DNA of 32,000 nt from Actinopolymorphaceae bacterium (GTDB taxonomy: Bacteria > Actinomycetota > Actinomycetes > Propionibacteriales > Actinopolymorphaceae). Of this stretch, positions 27,346-32,000 are shown one piece after another. The position numbers and the translations under genes were made by a program. Positions within the stretch are counted from its first letter, which is position 1. Each line of letters opens with the position of its first letter. The DNA lies in assembly GCA_036564245.1 (NCBI GenBank), contig DATCKU010000056.1, positions 21,392 to 53,391 of the forward strand, given 5' to 3'. The notes beneath the pieces were generated by a model. The model worked only from the letters and a program-made list of their open reading frames with translations, was not told where the DNA came from and made no database searches.

Positions 27346-27823
27346 TTCTCATCTCCCCTGGTGCCCACGGCAATGTCGCGTTGTGATGGTTCTCGATCAG
27401 CGGGTCTCGGCGGGATCGTGACGGGCGAGGCGGCGCCGGGTCGAGCTCGAAAGTCTGACGGTCGATGTGTGGCTCATTGTGCCCTAACGGAACGGAATCG
27501 ACACGGGCGCCTCATGACGTGCATCCGGAGTGGGAGCCATCACGGCACGTCGACGGACCAGGAACGGCAGCAGCTGACACTTCGTCGGCGTCAGGACCCC
27601 GCGAACCTGATCTTCAGCTGGGCGTACGTCCTCACCGCATCCCACCTGATGGTCCGACAAATCAGGTGAGAATTCTTACCGCAAGTGCTTGCGGATGGGA
27701 CATATGAGGTACTACGTTCTGTTTCATCCTGTCAACGCTGAGTAGCCCCCGGGCCCCCGAACCGCTACCCCGTTGCAGGCACAAACAAACACAACGGTGT
27801 GTGACAGTGACGGGAGGACCCGC

Positions 27824-28165
27824 ATGATTTGGGCTGAGCTGGAAGCCATCGCCGATCGCCGTCTGGCGGAACGGCGCATCGCCCAGGAGCAGCACATCCG
27901 CAAACTTCACGAACGTCTCGTCTCCGATGGCTACCACGCCCAGGTCCTCGACCAACCACGTGAGGGATGGCAGGTCCGGGTGCAGTATCCACCGTCAACC
28001 AGTGTCTGGGTGACCGTACGCTGCGTCATCACCGAGGGGCGGGCGACGTTCGAGTGGTGCCGGTGGCTGCCGTGGACCTGCTCTGCGAACGACATCGACA
28101 CAGCTGTCGCGTTCCTGCGGGACCTGCTCGGCGCGCCATCGCCCCGCCCCGCCGTCGCCGGTTGA
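27824..28165 (+). CDS. Hypothetical protein (113 aa), no family recognised
   Basis: ATG 27824 preceded by GGGAGGA SD. Coding-like composition (MIWAELEAIADRRLAERRIAQEQHIRKLHERLVSDGYHAQVLD...). Confidence 0.6.
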   Translation: MIWAELEAIADRRLAERRIAQEQHIRKLHERLVSDGYHAQVLDQPREGWQVRVQYPPSTSVWVTVRCVITEGRATFEWCRWLPWTCSANDIDTAVAFLRDLLGAPSPRPAVAG

Positions 28166-28182
28166 CCGTCCATCCCACCCGG

Positions 28183-28278
28183 CCCAAATGACCATGTGCA
28201 CTACGGCCGTCTGACCTGCACTACGTGTCGACACGTGTTGTACGTCCTAGACGCCTAGTGCACATCGTCATGTGAGGG
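28183..28278. repeat. 96-bp palindromic doublet (copies C and H of the dispersed motif in inverted orientation); REPIN-like
   Basis: Arm 1 is CCCAAATGACCATGTGCACTACG (28183..28205). Arm 2 is CCTAGTGCACATCGTCATGTGAGGG (28254..28278), an imperfect reverse complement. The centre holds the perfect 14-bp palindrome ACGTGTCGACACGT (28223..28236). TGCACTACG is repeated at 28197 and 28217. Confidence 0.85.
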
Positions 28279-28286
28279 CCGCGCAC

Positions 28287-28700
28287 TCAGCCGCGAGCGA
28301 TGAGACATTCGTACGACTGACCCTTGTTGCGGGGTCGGCAGCCGGCCGCAACCACCTTCCACCCGGTCTCGTACCGTCCGACGAACACCGTGTCGCCGGT
28401 GAAGGCGACCTGCGCCTGGTCTCCAGCGACCCGCACTTCGCGCAGCTTGCCCAGGCGGGCGACGTCTTGGGTGAGCACAGCACGGGCACAGGGCAGCTTC
28501 ACCGCCTTTTCCAGGCCCGCCACCGTCTCCCGCGCAAGCCAGGCGCATGCGCGCGCTCCGTTCCTCTGGGCCACCGCGGCATGAAAGGCGCGGGCCGCTT
28601 CGGTTGCCGCCTCCCGTCGCTCCGCGGCATCACTACAGCCGACGAGCGATGTCAGCAACGCGACAGCCGTCACCACGACCGGGACCGGGCGTACCTTCAT
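28287..28700 (-). CDS. Small secreted lipoprotein (137 aa), function unknown
   Basis: MKVRPVPVVVTAVALLTSLVGCSD, a signal peptide with lipobox LVGC. The longer track ORF (to 28994) is an upstream read-through. Confidence 0.7.
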   Translation of the reverse strand: MKVRPVPVVVTAVALLTSLVGCSDAAERREAATEAARAFHAAVAQRNGARACAWLARETVAGLEKAVKLPCARAVLTQDVARLGKLREVRVAGDQAQVAFTGDTVFVGRYETGWKVVAAGCRPRNKGQSYECLIARG

Positions 28701-28941
28701 GGCTCGCAGGAGACGCCTCTCCTTTCCGTGACAGTGGGTCATTCGCCGTAGATACCCAGCCCGCAAGATCACGAATACTGTCGCGCAGGCGGAGCCGCGG
28801 TCGTGGGAGTGGGCGCGGCAGCCTGGCGCTGCACAGAGCTGCGTCAAACCGGGCTCGCGACCGCCTTCCGTGGCGCTGCAGAAGCCTTGTGACGTCAGCC
28901 CAGGCCTCGCAACCGAAGCCGTTGACCCTGCCGAGGCGTTT

Positions 28942-28979
28942 GTGGCCCTCGCATGGCGCCAAGGCCGTGCGAGGGCCAC
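28942..28979 (-). terminator. Strong hairpin downstream of the PhyH gene (12-bp perfect stem, 14-nt loop)
   Basis: GTGGCCCTCGCA (28942..28953) and TGCGAGGGCCAC (28968..28979) are exact reverse complements. There is no U-tract. Confidence 0.5.
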
Positions 28980-28985
28980 GAAGGC

Positions 28986-29008
28986 TAGCTGCACATGGTC
29001 ATTCTGGG
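28986..29008 (-). repeat. Copy E of dispersed motif; the TGA inside the core is the PhyH stop codon
   Basis: Minus strand: CCCAGAATGACCATGTGCAGCTA. Core = plus 28992..29003; PhyH stop = 28999..29001. Confidence 0.8.
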
Positions 29009-29754
29009 ATGTCGGCGACGATCTTGCCGTCGCGCAGGAACGGGTCGAACGAACCCCACGGCTTCGAGCCGTCCTTGGTTTTGATGATCTCGCTGGAGTA
29101 CTGCGCCAAGTAGACCCGGCGCAACCGGTCAGTCAGGTTGGGCCCACTCCGATGCAGCACGACGCTGGAGAACACCACGATCGTTCCCGCGGGAGCCGTC
29201 ATCGGAATCCCCGGATCCGAACCGAAGTAGCCCACCAGGTCGTTCACCTCAGGGTCAGGGATGTGCTTGACGTACGAGCGAATACCGGAGCGGGAGTACG
29301 GCAGCAGATACACCGAGCCGTTCTCCTCGGTCACGTCGTCGAGCGCGATCCAGCACGTGAGGTAGGGCTCGTGATCCTCGTGGACGTAACCGGAGTCCTG
29401 ATGCCAGGCGAAGCTCGTGTCGGGGTCCGCCGCCTTGATGACGTACTGCTCCCAGAACAAGTAGGCCGTGTCCCCCAACGTCGCCCGGCAGATCTCTGCC
29501 ATCGTGTCGCTGAAGAGGAACTTCCGCAGCTCCGGCCGATCCTTGTAGATCATGTTGGAGAAATAGCGCTTGCCCCGTGCGTTGATGCCGATCCGATCGA
29601 CACCGGCCTCGTCGAATGCCTTGTCGAGTTTGTCGATCGAGTATTGAGCACCGCTCCGAAGCAGCTCGAGCTGCTCGTCGGTGAGCACCTTCTCGAGAAC
29701 GAAGTACCCCTCGTTGCGGTACTGCTCGCGCATCTCGTCGGTGACCAGGCTCAT
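28999..29754 (-). CDS. Phytanoyl-CoA dioxygenase (PhyH) family Fe(II)/2-oxoglutarate oxygenase
   Basis: MSLVTDEMREQYRNEGYFVLEKVLTDEQL..., facial triad WHQD...LHRSGPN plus an Arg (RRVYLAQY). Start ATG 29754 chosen over the 344-aa track ORF. Confidence 0.85.
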   Translation of the reverse strand: MSLVTDEMREQYRNEGYFVLEKVLTDEQLELLRSGAQYSIDKLDKAFDEAGVDRIGINARGKRYFSNMIYKDRPELRKFLFSDTMAEICRATLGDTAYLFWEQYVIKAADPDTSFAWHQDSGYVHEDHEPYLTCWIALDDVTEENGSVYLLPYSRSGIRSYVKHIPDPEVNDLVGYFGSDPGIPMTAPAGTIVVFSSVVLHRSGPNLTDRLRRVYLAQYSSEIIKTKDGSKPWGSFDPFLRDGKIVADIPE

Positions 29755-29807
29755 GGTTGTTTCACATCCATCCAATTTCGAGCACGCCCACCAGGCCTGT
29801 CGGAGCT

Positions 29808-29866
29808 GTGACACGTGCCGACACGTGTTGCACCCCCGACGGGCGTAGTGCACATGGTCATTTGGG
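29808..29866 (-). repeat. Copy D / half-element in the PhyH-AraC divergent region
   Basis: 29844..29866 is the exact reverse complement of 28183..28205 (23/23; 28/29 when extended). 29808..29830 carries two GACACGTG units 10 nt apart, homologous to the centre of the 28183..28278 element. Confidence 0.85.
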
Positions 29867-29942
29867 TCGCAGACCACCGTAGGCAGGCGGAACCCGGGCC
29901 GAGAATGGTCGAATCGGATCCCTTCATGTACGTTTTGGCGCC

Positions 29943-30800
29943 GTGGCGACCCGCAGGAGCCGCGCGTCGGCCAGCCCCCCACCGTCACGCCGGCACGCCG
30001 ACCCGCGTGCCCGGATCGCCGTCTCCAATGCACCGCGCACGCGGCTGGGCCAGATCGTCCTCGCCGGCGAGGTCGTCGACGACGAGCCCGTGATGCCGTC
30101 GGGTCTGCGGGTCATGCCGGAGTACGTCCTCTCGGTCGTCCTCGACGGCCACGGTCGGTACCGCGATGCCGACGGGCGCGACGAGCCGCTCACGGCCGGT
30201 GCCCACACGCTGGTCGGGCCAGGCCATCCGCACTGGTATGGCACCGCGCCGGGCGAGCGATGGACTGAGCTCTTCGTGGTCTTCACGGGTCCGCTCTTCG
30301 ACACGCTGGCCGTGGCGGGCGTGCTGGGTCGGCCGGGCCCCCGCTATCCCCGTCCGCTGCCCTCGATGGCGGCCTTGCGGACGGTGCTCAGGGCGACGCC
30401 CCGGTCGCCGCGCGCCGCCGAGCACCAGCTCATGGCCCTGGCCGATTGGCTGCTGGACGTCACCGAGCCGGACGAGGGAACGGCTCTCGACCCGGCCATC
30501 GCCACGGCGGCCGAACGCCTGGCCGACGACCTCGCCGCACCAGCCGACATCCGGCGAACCGCCGCCGAGGTGGGGCTTTCGTACGACACGTTCCGACGCC
30601 GCTTCACGGCCCAGATCGGGCAACCGCCGCTTGCCTACCGCAACGCCCGGCGCCTGCAGACCGCGGCAACCCTGCTCAGGCTCACCGACATGACGCTGCG
30701 GGAGATCGCCCGCACGCTGGGGTTCACCGACGAGTTCCACCTGTCGCGGCGGTTCCGCGCGCACTTCGGTATGCCGCCCAGCGACTACCGCCGTTCCTGA
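29943..30800 (+). CDS. AraC-family transcriptional regulator
   Basis: C-terminal double HTH (...LREIARTLGFTDEFHLSRRFRAHFGMPPSDYRRS) and an N-terminal cupin-like sensing domain. GTG 29943 is the first in-frame start after the stop at 29880. Confidence 0.9.
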   Translation: MATRRSRASASPPPSRRHADPRARIAVSNAPRTRLGQIVLAGEVVDDEPVMPSGLRVMPEYVLSVVLDGHGRYRDADGRDEPLTAGAHTLVGPGHPHWYGTAPGERWTELFVVFTGPLFDTLAVAGVLGRPGPRYPRPLPSMAALRTVLRATPRSPRAAEHQLMALADWLLDVTEPDEGTALDPAIATAAERLADDLAAPADIRRTAAEVGLSYDTFRRRFTAQIGQPPLAYRNARRLQTAATLLRLTDMTLREIARTLGFTDEFHLSRRFRAHFGMPPSDYRRS

Positions 30801-32000
30801 CGTACGACCCGACCAGCGGAGTGCTCCAGCGCACCACCGGGAGGCAGAGCAGCAAGCCCACCGCGACCCAGCAGAATGCACTGCCTCCAAGCACTCCGTC
30901 GATGCCGCTCGCGTCGTACCGCCAGAGGAAGACCAGGCTGCTGACCAGCGTCACGTACGCGCATCCCGCGCCGAGCAGGATCCGGCGCCGCCGGGCACCG
31001 GTCGCGCACAGGCCCGCATCCACGGTGAGCACGAGCGCGGGGATCAGCCACACCAGGTGATGGACCCAGCTGATCGGGCTCACGAGACAGGCCGCCACAC
31101 CGGTGAGCGCAAACCCGCCGAGCACGTCGGTCGCGCCGAGCACCTTGCGGACGGCGTACGCCCACCCCGCCAGCACGACCGCCACCAGCACCAGCCAGAC
31201 CGCTCGGTTGGGCGGCTGGCTCGGATCCAACCGGGCGAGCACACCGAGCAGCGACTGGTTGGAGATGTACGCCGGTGAGCCGACCCGCTCGGTCTGCCAG
31301 AGCGCCTCGGTCCAGTACGTCCACGAGGCGTGCGGGGCGACGATGGCGGCCAGCAACGTGGCGCCGCAGGCGGTCCCGCTGGCGACAGCCGCGGCCCGCC
31401 TCCGGCCGGCGAGCAGCAGGTAGACGATGAAGAGCCCGGGTGTCAGCTTCAGCGCCGTCGCAAGCCCCGCCCCCACGCCGGCACATCGCCGGTGACGAAC
31501 GAACCGAGTCGTCCCGGCCAGCAGGCGCGCGTCGGCGAAGACCACCACCATGAGGATCAGGTTGACCTGGCCGAAGCTCACGGTGTCGTAGACCGGTTCG
31601 AGCAGCGCGAGCAGGCAGCCGGCCGCCACGACCGCGAACCACACCGGCCACCCCTGGCGCCGCGCGATCGGACGCACGAACCAGTAGGCGAGGAGCAGCA
31701 GGCAGCCGACGTTCAGCGCCGCACTCGCCGCGACCACGACCGGATAGCTCGCCAACGCCATGGGCAGCATGACGAGCGCGGCAAACGGTGGATAGGTGAA
31801 GCCGTACGACGTCCCCGGAAGGAGGTAGTCGTAGAGGGCGCCGCCCCGTACCCAATGGTGGATGGCGCCGTAGTAGATGCTGAGGTCGAAGAGCCCACGC
31901 CAGTACTGCACGCCGGCGAGGAAGACCACCGTGGCGACCGTCATCGCGACGGCGAGCACACCGAGCCGCTTGCCGCGCAGAGCCCGCTTGGACAGCGCAC
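30724..32000 (-). CDS. GT87/DUF2029-family polytopic membrane glycosyl(mannosyl)transferase; N-terminus probably beyond the window
   Basis: Many TM helices; YGFTYPPFAALVMLP loop typical of DUF2029/PimE-like GT-C enzymes. The frame stays open from 31959 to the window edge (...ALSKRALRGKRLGVLAVAM...). Confidence 0.8.
   Translation of the reverse strand, partial: ALSKRALRGKRLGVLAVAMTVATVVFLAGVQYWRGLFDLSIYYGAIHHWVRGGALYDYLLPGTSYGFTYPPFAALVMLPMALASYPVVVAASAALNVGCLLLLAYWFVRPIARRQGWPVWFAVVAAGCLLALLEPVYDTVSFGQVNLILMVVVFADARLLAGTTRFVRHRRCAGVGAGLATALKLTPGLFIVYLLLAGRRRAAAVASGTACGATLLAAIVAPHASWTYWTEALWQTERVGSPAYISNQSLLGVLARLDPSQPPNRAVWLVLVAVVLAGWAYAVRKVLGATDVLGGFALTGVAACLVSPISWVHHLVWLIPALVLTVDAGLCATGARRRRILLGAGCAYVTLVSSLVFLWRYDASGIDGVLGGSAFCWVAVGLLLCLPVVRWSTPLVGSYVRNGGSRWAAYRSARGTAATGGTRR

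Noticed and set aside
27361-27707. Decayed anti-sigma-like ATPase gene expected divergent from the XRE/DUF397 pair.
   Set aside because: None of the three plus-strand frames shows HATPase-like motifs or coding-type codon bias. I cannot support a pseudogene call by eye.
29751-29861. 36-codon Cys/Thr-rich ORF (MTMCTTPVGGATRVGTCHSSDRPGGRARNWMDVKQP) ending in an ATGA overlap with the PhyH start. It is tempting as a RiPP precursor or regulatory uORF.
   Set aside because: Third-position GC is only about 56% by my count, against >85% in neighbouring genes. Its first six codons are simply the dispersed DNA motif. Other copies of the motif open ORFs of 5, 6 and 8 codons (MTMCS*, MTTCGG*, MTMCTTAV*), so the conservation is at nucleotide level, not peptide level.
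28183-29866. Integron-type gene cassettes with attC sites, or a composite transposon.
   Set aside because: There are no GTTRRRY / RYYYAAC core sites. No integrase or transposase lies in or near the block, and there is no target-site duplication. I kept it only as a repeat-bounded module of unknown mobility.

Overview
High-GC actinobacterial chromosomal segment. I found no rRNA, tRNA, CRISPR array, transposase or integrase.

Gene content, left to right:
- Minus-strand peptide/nickel-type ABC operon: family-5 binding lipoprotein plus the start of a DppB-like permease. It is preceded by an ~810-bp region with no credible ORF.
- An orphan cupin-like gene.
- A divergently arranged OmpR-type response regulator and a minimal intramembrane-type histidine kinase, followed by murJ.
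- A MarR regulator.
- A seven-gene, translationally coupled hopanoid operon: hpnC-hpnD-hpnE-polyprenyl synthase-shc-(hpnG::ispH fusion)-hpnH.
- An 81-nt dnaA domain-IV fragment, then an SDR.
- A dps gene and a SigB/F-type sigma factor gene.
- A small 2-TM protein and a Ser/Thr kinase.
- A three-gene sugar ABC uptake operon.
- A visibly lower-GC accessory stretch (about 25.6-30.8 kb): an XRE/DUF397 (WhiJ/BldB-like) pair, a 113-aa orphan, a small lipoprotein, a PhyH-family dioxygenase and a divergent AraC regulator.
- A GT87/DUF2029 membrane glycosyltransferase running off the window.

The most unusual signal is not a gene. A 12-nt core, AATGACCAYGTK, with a C-rich 5' flank occurs 7 times exactly, plus degenerate copies. 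Six of the eight strong copies sit 0-21 nt after a stop codon, or contain it, in the sense orientation of the upstream gene. At one locus the copies form a 96-bp palindromic doublet. At the same locus 23-nt perfect inverted repeats bracket the 1.68-kb lipoprotein+PhyH module. I read this as a REP/REPIN-like or 3'-end-associated element family of unknown mechanism.

Other points worth checking are the HpnG::IspH fusion, the dnaA fragment, several tandem repeats in long untranslated gaps, and a SigB-type promoter in front of dps.

All functional calls rest on motif recognition from memory. No database search was possible.
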